64,000 nt of DNA from a virus, in the IMG/VR virus record IMGVR_UViG_3300031964_000008; one strand, written 5' to 3'. The notes beneath the pieces were generated by a model that worked only from the letters and a program-made list of their open reading frames with translations, made no database searches and was not told where the DNA came from. Of the stretch, positions 18,452 through 26,900 are shown piece after piece. The stretch's first letter is position 1, and each line of letters begins with the position of its first letter. The position numbers were made by a program, and so were the translations under genes.

Positions 18452-19402
18452 ATGTTGCAAAATAAATTGGGGCTATCCAGTCATGAGATGGCATATGTTG
18501 GCGGTGCTTTATTTGCTTATCTGTTTCACAGACCGGATATTGATCAACGAACACTAGTCAAACTAGTAGGTGACCCTGAGAAGGCCGAACGTGTACTCTC
18601 TATGGTGCGAACAGACGGAGAGGTGTTAAAGAACTGCAAGCTGTATGCTTGGGCCTTCTACAAATCTAGGTTCGGTTCACCTAAGCCAAAGGCCTCTGAC
18701 TTTGGAGTCACTTTAAAAGATGCTAAGTTTCTATCTAGGTTGAATCTGAAACACTTGCCTTTGACTTATCCTGCATACTCGGTGGAGGACTTCGATACCT
18801 TAGTCTCGGACACGATTACTGGTCAGTCCTTGTCCTCGTACATCGGAAAGTTTATCAGCAAGAAGATGACTTTTCTGATCAAGAGTTATGGTGTACGCAG
18901 GGATGATCTGCAAGCCGACATGGAGACAGCAGCAATAAAGGCGTTGTATATGTCGTACCCACGTTTTGAATCGTTGCTGCACTTTGAGAACACGGCAAAA
19001 TCAGCGATTCACAACACAGGACAGACCTTAATTACTTATCACACGAGTCCCGGACGACAACGCTTGTACGTCAACCACGAGGGTATGACCGAGAGCTATC
19101 ATGTACAGGTGGATGAAGTACTGTCTTTGGAGGCCCCTAGCACCTATTTAGCGCATGCTAAGGAGCATCTGGAGGCCCTAGTAAATATATCGCACAGGGT
19201 TCGTGAGGACGCGCAAGAATTTTTGTTGTGTTGTGCCGGACACTTCCATGAAGGATTTTCTGAATTCTTGGGATCCGACAATTCGGTATTAGTTGATAAT
19301 GTAGCATTCAGCAGGTACCAGAAGAAGGCTCAAACTTACTTCGGGTACACGGATAATCAGGTTCAAAAACTATTCACAAGGTTGCAACAACACATAAGAT
19401 AA
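18452..19402 (+). CDS. putative phage sigma70-like transcription factor
   Basis: Region 2-like DDLQADMETAAIKAL...F..TAKSAIHN; region 3.2-like VLSLEAP; region 4-like EHLEAL...AQEFLL and YFGYTDNQVQKLFTRL. GGGGGA SD before ATG 18452. Confidence 0.5.
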   Translation: MLQNKLGLSSHEMAYVGGALFAYLFHRPDIDQRTLVKLVGDPEKAERVLSMVRTDGEVLKNCKLYAWAFYKSRFGSPKPKASDFGVTLKDAKFLSRLNLKHLPLTYPAYSVEDFDTLVSDTITGQSLSSYIGKFISKKMTFLIKSYGVRRDDLQADMETAAIKALYMSYPRFESLLHFENTAKSAIHNTGQTLITYHTSPGRQRLYVNHEGMTESYHVQVDEVLSLEAPSTYLAHAKEHLEALVNISHRVREDAQEFLLCCAGHFHEGFSEFLGSDNSVLVDNVAFSRYQKKAQTYFGYTDNQVQKLFTRLQQHIR

Positions 19403-19747
19403 ATGGAGAGTCCTATGTACGAGCATGAAGCTGGTGACCGTGATCTAGGCGAAATCGAGTTGCAGAATTCGCTACGCGAAAGGCAAGAAGTATTCGCCGC
19501 GAAATTTGGATTAACGTTGGCTCAATTTCTAAAGCTCACACACGTATGTAGGACTGAAGAACTGGTGACGGTCCTTGAACTGCTGAAGGTAAAGAAACAC
19601 AAGACGCAGTTCAGGGCTCGTATGCATTTGCATCTCAAGAATTGGTTGGACAACGATGGCTTCGGCAAGCCCTTCACCAGTTCACAATTCGGTTGGCTTA
19701 AACCGACGTGGCCTATTACATGGCAACTCCCACGTCTTTCATATTGA
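19403..19747 (+). CDS. hypothetical protein
   Basis: ORF in operon; alternative ATG at 19415. Confidence 0.7.
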   Translation: MESPMYEHEAGDRDLGEIELQNSLRERQEVFAAKFGLTLAQFLKLTHVCRTEELVTVLELLKVKKHKTQFRARMHLHLKNWLDNDGFGKPFTSSQFGWLKPTWPITWQLPRLSY

Positions 19748-19755
19748 TATATTAA

Positions 19756-20118
19756 TTGGAGCTTTCTACCATGGTACAAAACGTAAAACGTCGATTCAGC
19801 ACTAGCCCTTTGACTAAGGCAGAGGCTGCAGGATTCAGCGCCAATATTGATTATGCAGATGCCTTGACTAATATTAAAAACGCTGTAAACTCTCTCAGTG
19901 AATGTTTGCCAGACGGGAACTCTGAGTCCTCAGAAATTCAGTTCACTAGGCTTCAGGTTGGTGTTCACAAACTGGGTGCTTTTCTTAGAGCTAAGGGTCT
20001 GAATGTAAGTCCGGTATTAAGCGAGTCAAGGGCTGCTGTAGCTCTGCTGATGGCCCTGAGTCAGGAGCCAGAGTCAGAAGAAACAGAATTGACATCCGAC
20101 ATGACAAATGTAGCCTGA
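19756..20118 (+). CDS. hypothetical protein
   Basis: ORF in operon; alternative ATG at 19771. Confidence 0.65.
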   Translation: MELSTMVQNVKRRFSTSPLTKAEAAGFSANIDYADALTNIKNAVNSLSECLPDGNSESSEIQFTRLQVGVHKLGAFLRAKGLNVSPVLSESRAAVALLMALSQEPESEETELTSDMTNVA

Positions 20119-20119
20119 C

Positions 20120-20329
20120 ATGACAAAAGCTATTTCTGATTTGAAGTGCAAGCGCTATCGTCCGTGCACCAACTATGGACCGCCTGACATAGACCTTCTA
20201 GTGGAAGACGAAACGGGTGACTACGTGAAGGCTATAGACGTGTTTCGAAGCCTGCATCGAATGACTAAGAGCGGACGACTGACCGTAGACACGGCTAATC
20301 GTATAATTCAACAACTAGGCTTAAAATAG
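20120..20329 (+). CDS. hypothetical protein
   Basis: Abuts the upstream stop. Confidence 0.6.
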   Translation: MTKAISDLKCKRYRPCTNYGPPDIDLLVEDETGDYVKAIDVFRSLHRMTKSGRLTVDTANRIIQQLGLK

Positions 20330-20337
20330 AGAATCTA

Positions 20338-20742
20338 ATGTCCGCAACCACAGTGCTAGATTTACAAGGTGAAGTCCAGGCCTTTGCCATACCGAACCTC
20401 AATGTTGAGGGCACGGTTACGCGAAGCTTGATGCCTGTTGCTGCGGATTCAACTAAGCCTATCAAAGACTACATATTTGACGTGAAGTGTAGGGTGGCCT
20501 CTGCATACTACGATTTCATCATCTACAAATCCGGAACAATTTGGCAATCTCGATATTTGTATGTGCGTAATGTCCACGGTTACGTACTGAGCATTCATAC
20601 ATTCGTCATGGAGGCCAAGACAGAAACCAAGTTGTTCGAAATGGCTATTGAAGCCCTAACCATGTTCGTTGACAATGGTGTGCTTCTGACTGAGTCAGTT
20701 CGTGACTTACAAGCGGGTGACCGACATGTTGATGATGAATAA
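20338..20742 (+). CDS. hypothetical protein
   Basis: 134-aa ORF with GAGA SD. Confidence 0.7.
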   Translation: MSATTVLDLQGEVQAFAIPNLNVEGTVTRSLMPVAADSTKPIKDYIFDVKCRVASAYYDFIIYKSGTIWQSRYLYVRNVHGYVLSIHTFVMEAKTETKLFEMAIEALTMFVDNGVLLTESVRDLQAGDRHVDDE

Positions 20743-20897
20743 TCATGAGCCTTGATAAACAATTCAGCGGATATCCCTATAATATATTTGGGATAAGGAA
20801 TAGTTTAGAGCCTATAGTGGCTCTCCGGAATAAGTGGTAGACAACATGATTCCTCCGCACAATAGGAAATCGGATTAACTGGTAGAAAGGAGCTGAT

Positions 20898-21362
20898 ATG
20901 GGTTACACATTTACGGTTGGCAACGCAGTGCCCGTGCATCACAAAGACTATTTCCCACACCTGAGCGCAAGATGGGAGGTGGAGAGCAAGGAACTTGACG
21001 AGGCCCCATCGTTTCCTGGTGACGAGATGACAGGAAAAAGCAATTCACGGAGCCCGACGTATTCCGCGTGGTCAGATTTTTGCCGTGCGACTAGTCTGTA
21101 CGAATTTTTCTACGATGCACGGGGGCACCTTCATGCAGATCATCCTGGCTGTATCGGAATAACGCAAGAAGATGCTGACTTTGTAACTGCTGCGTTGAAT
21201 CGGTACCGGTCGATCTCGACCCTTCCCGCAGGATTTGAGAAGGACTGGACTTACGAGGGGTCCGCGAACTATGACTACCACCTTGCTCGGCTGATGTGGC
21301 TTGAGTTCTGGATGCAGTGGGCAGTGAAGAACTGCGAAACACCAGCCATCCAGAACAATTGA
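20898..21362 (+). CDS. hypothetical protein, GC-richer than flanks (probably recently acquired)
   Basis: AAAGGAG SD; sampled 60-nt line about 55% GC versus about 35% in sampled flanking lines. Confidence 0.8.
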   Translation: MGYTFTVGNAVPVHHKDYFPHLSARWEVESKELDEAPSFPGDEMTGKSNSRSPTYSAWSDFCRATSLYEFFYDARGHLHADHPGCIGITQEDADFVTAALNRYRSISTLPAGFEKDWTYEGSANYDYHLARLMWLEFWMQWAVKNCETPAIQNN

Positions 21363-21369
21363 TAGCCCA

Positions 21370-21483
21370 ATGACGGACATTCTGAGACTTCCGGGCCGGA
21401 CGCCGACCAGCATCAACGAGACCGACGAGGGTATGACTATTCACGCGGTGTACACCTGTGGTCCTGAGGCTTGCCCGACATGA
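21370..21483 (+). pseudogene. 5' stub of an ISL3-family transposase
   Basis: MTDILRLPGRTPTSINETDEGMTIHAVYTCGPEACPT* resembles ISL3 N-termini and stops inside the CxxC motif. Confidence 0.55.
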
Positions 21484-21653
21484 TTAAATCTAAAACGAAA
21501 TTAGCTCAGCTTACTGAAGCTTTAGTGACTCACGTGAAACATAACGGACCTGGTCTCACTACTGGTCGTTTAACTGAGAAAGATAAACAGCGGTTGTTAA
21601 AGGCTCAGGCCAAGCGCGACAGTAAAGCCTTTAAATTGAGGACTAAAGAATGA
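21480..21653 (+). CDS. small basic hypothetical protein
   Basis: ATGA overlap at 21480. Confidence 0.55.
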   Translation: MIKSKTKLAQLTEALVTHVKHNGPGLTTGRLTEKDKQRLLKAQAKRDSKAFKLRTKE

Positions 21654-21994
21654 CCACTTATTCACGGCCCTTCAGTTGTTTATGTGATGGACTAACCGTA
21701 TCTGGTGATATCCAATCAACACGTAACGGCGGCATCTGTGATTATTCTGTGGACGTTCGGAGCCTCAATATGACTTTCACAATGGTACTTGTTTCGACAA
21801 TGCCTGTCTTGTATGCAGTGCCCCAAGTACACAATCTTGAACTCATGGATGGAGCACCTATAAGGGTTGTTGACATACGTAACTTACGACCGAGTCCTAG
21901 ATTAGCAGGACCGCAGGCCTTTGAATACGGAATCCAAGAGTGTGTTAAGTGGCATAAACAGTTAGTGGTGGACCGGAGCCTTAATCATGACTGA
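21650..21994 (+). CDS. hypothetical protein
   Basis: ATGA overlap, GAGG SD. Confidence 0.65.
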   Translation: MTTYSRPFSCLCDGLTVSGDIQSTRNGGICDYSVDVRSLNMTFTMVLVSTMPVLYAVPQVHNLELMDGAPIRVVDIRNLRPSPRLAGPQAFEYGIQECVKWHKQLVVDRSLNHD

Positions 21995-22283
21995 TCCTGA
22001 TTTTCAGACTAAAGCTGACGCCCTTTTGTCTGACGGCTCCTTAGTAGACTTCAAATCAGACATTGACTTTGGTAGCATGGAACTTAACGTGTTCAGGATG
22101 TTGGCTTACCGCGCAGGACGGTCCGGAAAAAGTGAAGCTTTATTAAATGCTTGTTTCTATTGCTTGAAGTCTAGGTTTGGGGATAAGTCCGAGTCCAAAA
22201 CTAAGCCAAAGCCGGTTGAGGCAAAACAAAACTATCTGGCCTTAAACTTGAGTGCCTACGGAAATAAAAAGCGTAAGCGTTAA
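21987..22283 (+). CDS. hypothetical protein
   Basis: GGAG SD. Confidence 0.6.
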   Translation: MTDPDFQTKADALLSDGSLVDFKSDIDFGSMELNVFRMLAYRAGRSGKSEALLNACFYCLKSRFGDKSESKTKPKPVEAKQNYLALNLSAYGNKKRKR

Positions 22284-22324
22284 ATTATTCAAGCTAGTCA
22301 AGCTAGTAACCGAGACTACTGAAT

Positions 22325-22555
22325 ATGAGGCATAAACCTATTTCTGATGTTGAGGCTAAATACAAGGCTAGACTCATGGACAGTAATCAAAAGTATGGTA
22401 CGGGGACCAAGGCTAGTTCAGGTTCACAGGTAGGCTACAAACTAAGGATTGATTTCCTACGTCTGTTAGGCATCGTTTGGTCCATTTCTTACTTCGCGCT
22501 ACCCATGCTTAAGATATTTCGCGTGCCCCTAGTTGTCGATTGGTCTTGGTACTAG
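22325..22555 (+). CDS. small membrane protein
   Basis: C-terminal hydrophobic segment. Confidence 0.55.
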   Translation: MRHKPISDVEAKYKARLMDSNQKYGTGTKASSGSQVGYKLRIDFLRLLGIVWSISYFALPMLKIFRVPLVVDWSWY

Positions 22556-22660
22556 GTGACCTTTCCCTATTGGGGACCCTTCGCCTTGATGCTGGGCGTC
22601 ATTCTGTTCATTTGCGCAGTGTTTTTTGCTAGTCTGTTTCACCATACTGGTAGCATCTAA
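22556..22660 (+). CDS. 34-aa membrane peptide (not in ORF track)
   Basis: GTG immediately after the upstream TAG; MTFPYWGPFALMLGVILFICAVFFASLFHHTGSI*. Confidence 0.45.
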   Translation: MTFPYWGPFALMLGVILFICAVFFASLFHHTGSI

Positions 22661-22690
22661 AGTGCTAAACTTCTAATTTAAGGAATTTTT

Positions 22691-22882
22691 ATGGGTACTC
22701 TAGCGGAGGATCTAGCAGCAGAAGTTAAGTCTCAGGTTGAAGCTGCTGAGCATTTCAAGAATCTTTGGATGCAAGCCAGCGAAGAGTTGGAACGCGTCAA
22801 AGCCGAGCTAGTTGAGGAGAAGATTGCGCACAAGGCCACTACCAGATCTTATGAGCACCATCTTAAATTAATGAGGACCTGA
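22691..22882 (+). CDS. coiled-coil protein, paralog of 41051
   Basis: Shares AEHFKNLWMQA with the 41051 ORF; AAGGA SD. Confidence 0.75.
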   Translation: MGTLAEDLAAEVKSQVEAAEHFKNLWMQASEELERVKAELVEEKIAHKATTRSYEHHLKLMRT

Positions 22883-22884
22883 CC

Positions 22885-23136
22885 ATGCCGCCATCAGGAG
22901 GGGATGGACTTTGTGACTTACCTAATACCGAGGGTGCTCGTAAATACCCGGTACTGTTCACAACAACGACTAGAGGCTTCACGAACGCAGCCAAAAGCCT
23001 CTCGGCCACGTCCTACGTTTACGAATTCGAAACTAAGATTTCAGCTATTCGTGCGTTCAAGCGGACAAGCAAATGTTGGGTAGCATCGCACATACAAGTT
23101 TACGCATCCATGCTATTTGATCCAGATGACGAATAA
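22885..23136 (+). CDS. hypothetical protein
   Basis: GAGGA SD. Confidence 0.55.
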   Translation: MPPSGGDGLCDLPNTEGARKYPVLFTTTTRGFTNAAKSLSATSYVYEFETKISAIRAFKRTSKCWVASHIQVYASMLFDPDDE

Positions 23137-23195
23137 CCGTAAACTCAATCGGCATTTAACGCCAGTTCAGTCAGAATCAACGAACAAGGATTAAA

Positions 23196-23612
23196 ATGAA
23201 AACAGTTTACCAAGCGGCAGACGGCAAAATATTTGAATCGGATACCGAGTGTAGCAACTACGAGTTTTTGATAAATGTAGCACAAGACAAGGTCTTTATT
23301 CAGGCTGTAACTGAGACTTTTGGACCTCTGGTAACAACCATTATTGACGGCGGTGGCGGTTGTGAGTGTGAGTGTGACGATGATGAGCATGCCCAGGACT
23401 ACGATGAATGCGGTTGTGACGGCGACGATGACATCCGAGGTATTCCCGTGGACGGAAAGGTGGATTGGGATAATTTAGCAAGAGCACTAGCCTTGAACTT
23501 TGCAGCCCTAACCAGCGCGTTTCACAGTTCTGGTCAGAACCCGCAAGTCGAAAAAGGCACAAAGAAAGCGCGCAAGACTCGTCATGCTAAACTTATAGAC
23601 GGCGAAGTCTAA
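23196..23612 (+). CDS. hypothetical protein with Cys/acidic insert
   Basis: MKTVYQAADGKIF.S...C..YE start; AAGGA SD. Confidence 0.75.
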   Translation: MKTVYQAADGKIFESDTECSNYEFLINVAQDKVFIQAVTETFGPLVTTIIDGGGGCECECDDDEHAQDYDECGCDGDDDIRGIPVDGKVDWDNLARALALNFAALTSAFHSSGQNPQVEKGTKKARKTRHAKLIDGEV

Positions 23613-23621
23613 ACTATGAAG

Positions 23622-23649
23622 GGCCTATAGAAAATGAAATCTATAGGCC
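23622..23649 (+). terminator. hairpin
   Basis: GGCCTATAGA / TCTATAGGCC inverted repeat. Confidence 0.55.
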
Positions 23650-23694
23650 TAATTCTACATTTAACCTCTCATCCGCATTCGTCGGCTCGTAAAT

Positions 23695-23723
23695 TTCACA
23701 CTTTTAAAAACTTGTGCTATTAT
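23695..23723 (+). promoter_or_regulatory. putative sigma70 promoter
   Basis: TTCACA-N17-TATTAT with TG extension. Confidence 0.5.
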
Positions 23724-23804
23724 ATTTTCATATAAGTTATGTTGTGCTGAACTTAGACTCAGACTTAAACTTATTTACATAGTACATGGAACTAAAAGGC
23801 TGAA

Positions 23805-24698
23805 ATGGCACACATCATATGGACGAAGGAAGAGAAGCACAAGATTGCTCTGGCCGCTTGGCTAACGCGTCAAATTCACCCAGCCCGGAATTTGACGCGA
23901 ATCGTTAGAGACTCTATGGAAGAGCAAATCGTAAGCTCTAGGCACCGAGACATCCGCCAGTCGCAAAGCTACATGTCTTGGTTGATGCCTCTGTGGAAAA
24001 TCTTTGATGCTGGTCTAGCAGCCGAGAATCAAGGCTTATCTACATTTCATCTGGATCCTGACAATCCCGAGTCGGCTTTGCTGCCTGTATCTGCAGCAAG
24101 AGTAGACGCAGCCCCTAGTGAGAAATATCAGGCAATCAAACCAATGGTTGTTCCTGAAGTCGAAAGACAGGCCTTGGCTCAAGCCCACACCCACTCTCAA
24201 TCTCAATGTAGTGCTGCACACTGTATGGAAACTTTTAGCCTAGACGAACTATTGGCAGAAGTAACGGTCCGCATCAAAGACCTTTCTAGTCCGGAACAAC
24301 TGAGGACCCTCATCAGATCGGAAGTTAATGACGTGCTGAATCGTCGACTACCCGGAGTGTTGGCACCAGACGTACCAGAAGAACCAAGGACCGACTTTGA
24401 GGACCCTGTATCTCGTACTCGATTACCTAAAGTATGTGTCATAGGTTTGCTGCCCTCTCAACAAGAATTGTTTAGGCACCAATATGCTAATGTGCTGGAC
24501 CTACATTTTCTTGACGGTAATATTGGATTTAACCGATTAAAGAAAACGGTAGAACTCATGGACTGGACCTACAAAACCAAGTGGGCCAACATTGAGGGTA
24601 AGTTATCGTCTTTGGATAAGATTACCTGCACTATGGGTGGCCTAGAGACCCTTCGTAATCTCATTAACAGGCAGCTCAGTGTTGTCCATAATACGTGA
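23805..24698 (+). CDS. hypothetical protein
   Basis: 297-aa ORF; AAAGG SD. Confidence 0.8.
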   Translation: MAHIIWTKEEKHKIALAAWLTRQIHPARNLTRIVRDSMEEQIVSSRHRDIRQSQSYMSWLMPLWKIFDAGLAAENQGLSTFHLDPDNPESALLPVSAARVDAAPSEKYQAIKPMVVPEVERQALAQAHTHSQSQCSAAHCMETFSLDELLAEVTVRIKDLSSPEQLRTLIRSEVNDVLNRRLPGVLAPDVPEEPRTDFEDPVSRTRLPKVCVIGLLPSQQELFRHQYANVLDLHFLDGNIGFNRLKKTVELMDWTYKTKWANIEGKLSSLDKITCTMGGLETLRNLINRQLSVVHNT

Positions 24699-24711
24699 AC
24701 TGGAGTCTCAA

Positions 24712-25398
24712 ATGTTAAATCAAGTCGTCACGAGCGTGGGCACGGGCACTGATAAATCAGCTAAAAAAGCAATGCGTTTGTTGCTCAGTTCTGTATTTCA
24801 AGAAACGGAAAATGAAACTGATTCTGGATTCAAATCCGAGGCCAAAGGAAAACCTCTGATTGAGTGTGTCTACGATTTCGTGAAGGTCCAACCGGCTGGA
24901 TGTACGATCTTCTACATAGTCAAGAACCAAGAGTCCTTACAATACGGTAAGCGTCCTACGTTTGCCTCAATCAGTTCCTCACTATCTTTGTTGAAGAAAG
25001 CAGGTATTGTTGAGGTCTCAAAGAATAAAGACCAATCGTCAACGTTTAAAGTGGTTGCCGAGTACTCCAAGGACAGGGCTTATACATCAAAGAAAGGTGT
25101 ATCAAGACGAGTACCAAATTATGCACATTTGGATACCAAGTTCTTCATTGTGATTCGAAGCGTGGTCCCGGTGTCCCTTGCTGACTGGAGTGACCAAGGT
25201 CCTACCTATCGACATCTGATTCATTTTTCGGAATCAGATGGTCCCATGTTTGAATCTGAGGACGTCTGTGAACACAATACGGTCATCGTGATTTCTAATG
25301 AGGCTTCCGCACTCCGTCTATACGACCAAATTATAAAATGGTATGCTGAGCACAATCTAGAGACCCCAACAGGATTGCGTATTGCATATGCAGGCTAA
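24712..25398 (+). CDS. hypothetical protein with winged-helix-like segment
   Basis: GGAG SD; ...SISSSLSLLKKAGIVEV...TFKV. Confidence 0.7.
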   Translation: MLNQVVTSVGTGTDKSAKKAMRLLLSSVFQETENETDSGFKSEAKGKPLIECVYDFVKVQPAGCTIFYIVKNQESLQYGKRPTFASISSSLSLLKKAGIVEVSKNKDQSSTFKVVAEYSKDRAYTSKKGVSRRVPNYAHLDTKFFIVIRSVVPVSLADWSDQGPTYRHLIHFSESDGPMFESEDVCEHNTVIVISNEASALRLYDQIIKWYAEHNLETPTGLRIAYAG

Positions 25399-25604
25399 AA
25401 TTATCGGCTATCAGGATTATCCTGTGAAAATAGTTCTTGATCAAAGGCAGTAAAGTTATTCAGGTGGTACGTGTCAAAACGATTGAAGATTTCAATGCAA
25501 AGTTTAATCAGATTTGGGGATCGGCTGCGGCTATGCGTAACATCCGAGTAGCTGTCACCAAAAATCCGCTGTACTTTAGTTGATGCTATATCAGCAAATA
25601 ATTG

Positions 25605-25633
25605 TTGGCACCAACCCTAATTTAGTATATACT
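25605..25633 (+). promoter_or_regulatory. early promoter cassette TTGGCACCA..TATACT
   Basis: TTGGCA-N17-TATACT; one of six copies. Confidence 0.75.
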
Positions 25634-25708
25634 TAGATATAACGAACAACTTTAAGTTGGGTGTCTTTTAACGGGAATAACTAGAAATTATTAAAAGGGA
25701 ATTTCAAA

Positions 25709-26158
25709 GTGAAAATTCTTGCTATGTCACTGAATCGGGGGACCGCATTAAAACATGTTGGAAACTTAGCCCCAAAAATCGCAGAGCACATCATCAAGGT
25801 ATTTTTGTTTCCGCACTGTACCTATACTAAAGGCTGGCTCAAGGAACTTAATGCCTGGTACTCGTCGGTAGCGGATACGGGTAGCAACATAAAGAAGGGC
25901 AAGAAGCTTAATGCTGACGACTACTTCGATATCTTGATTAGACCACTTATGGGCGAGGGCCTTAAAAAGATTTATAAAGGTGTAATCGTGGGAAACCCCG
26001 AACTTAAACTGGAGAGGTTTCCGATTCGAGATCTGCACGTATTAGACAGCATGACAACAGGCCTGTACCTGCACTTGGCTAATTGTCTGGAGGATGATGA
26101 GCCTTGGGAGCACTTCGCTGGGACCCTTAGAAATTATACGCATACGGAAATAAAATGA
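25709..26158 (+). CDS. hypothetical helical protein
   Basis: AAAGGG SD, GTG start; EHIIK...W..E..AW pattern. Confidence 0.75.
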   Translation: MKILAMSLNRGTALKHVGNLAPKIAEHIIKVFLFPHCTYTKGWLKELNAWYSSVADTGSNIKKGKKLNADDYFDILIRPLMGEGLKKIYKGVIVGNPELKLERFPIRDLHVLDSMTTGLYLHLANCLEDDEPWEHFAGTLRNYTHTEIK

Positions 26159-26862
26159 TAGCCAAAAAATATGAGTTTGTAAGCGGGGACGTTATCACTT
26201 ACCAGGGATACGAGCTGTATCGTATCCGTGCCTTAGTAAGTCTTGGCGGCGGTAGCTCTTCTGTCAAGGCCGGAGCGTTAGGCGGATACATACATTCTGA
26301 AGACAATCTCTCACATGAAGGGCAGTGCTGGGTCGGTGGTGAGGCCAAAGCCTGCGGTTATAGTCGTGTTACTGAAGACGCGAAACTCTACGGTACTGCG
26401 TGCATATCAGACCACGCAAGCCTAAGTGGTCACGCACGAGTTCTTGGTAACGCTATACTATTCGATCATGCTCTGGTTACCGACTACACAGTAGCTTCTG
26501 GTAACGCTGTCATGCACGGTCGATCAAAGCTCACAGGAAACGGCGGAATTAGCGACAATGTTGTTATGGAAGACGACGCGCATATTGCAGGTGTTGCTAG
26601 AGTGAGTGGCATGGCTAGACTATTAGGGACTGCTTTCATACAGCACAATGAGGACGTGCAGTGGTACGGCGGCGTAGGGTCTGAGGGTGGGGTACTAACT
26701 GCCTATCGATGCTCTGACCAGTGGGTATGGGTGAACAGAGGATGTTTCGTGGGTAGTCTTTCCGAGTTCAAAGAACGCGTTATTTTCGAGCATCGGGATA
26801 ACAAGTATGGCAAGAACTACCTATTATTAATAGCCGCCATCGAACAATGGTTTTGTTTATGA
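26155..26862 (+). CDS. left-handed beta-helix (hexapeptide repeat) protein
   Basis: LYRIRAL...LGGYI..E.NLS..G.CWV start; repeated A.I/V.G.A hexapeptides. Confidence 0.8.
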   Translation: MIAKKYEFVSGDVITYQGYELYRIRALVSLGGGSSSVKAGALGGYIHSEDNLSHEGQCWVGGEAKACGYSRVTEDAKLYGTACISDHASLSGHARVLGNAILFDHALVTDYTVASGNAVMHGRSKLTGNGGISDNVVMEDDAHIAGVARVSGMARLLGTAFIQHNEDVQWYGGVGSEGGVLTAYRCSDQWVWVNRGCFVGSLSEFKERVIFEHRDNKYGKNYLLLIAAIEQWFCL

Positions 26863-26900
26863 CTACTCAAACCTAAGATCATCAGAATAAGGGACTGAAT

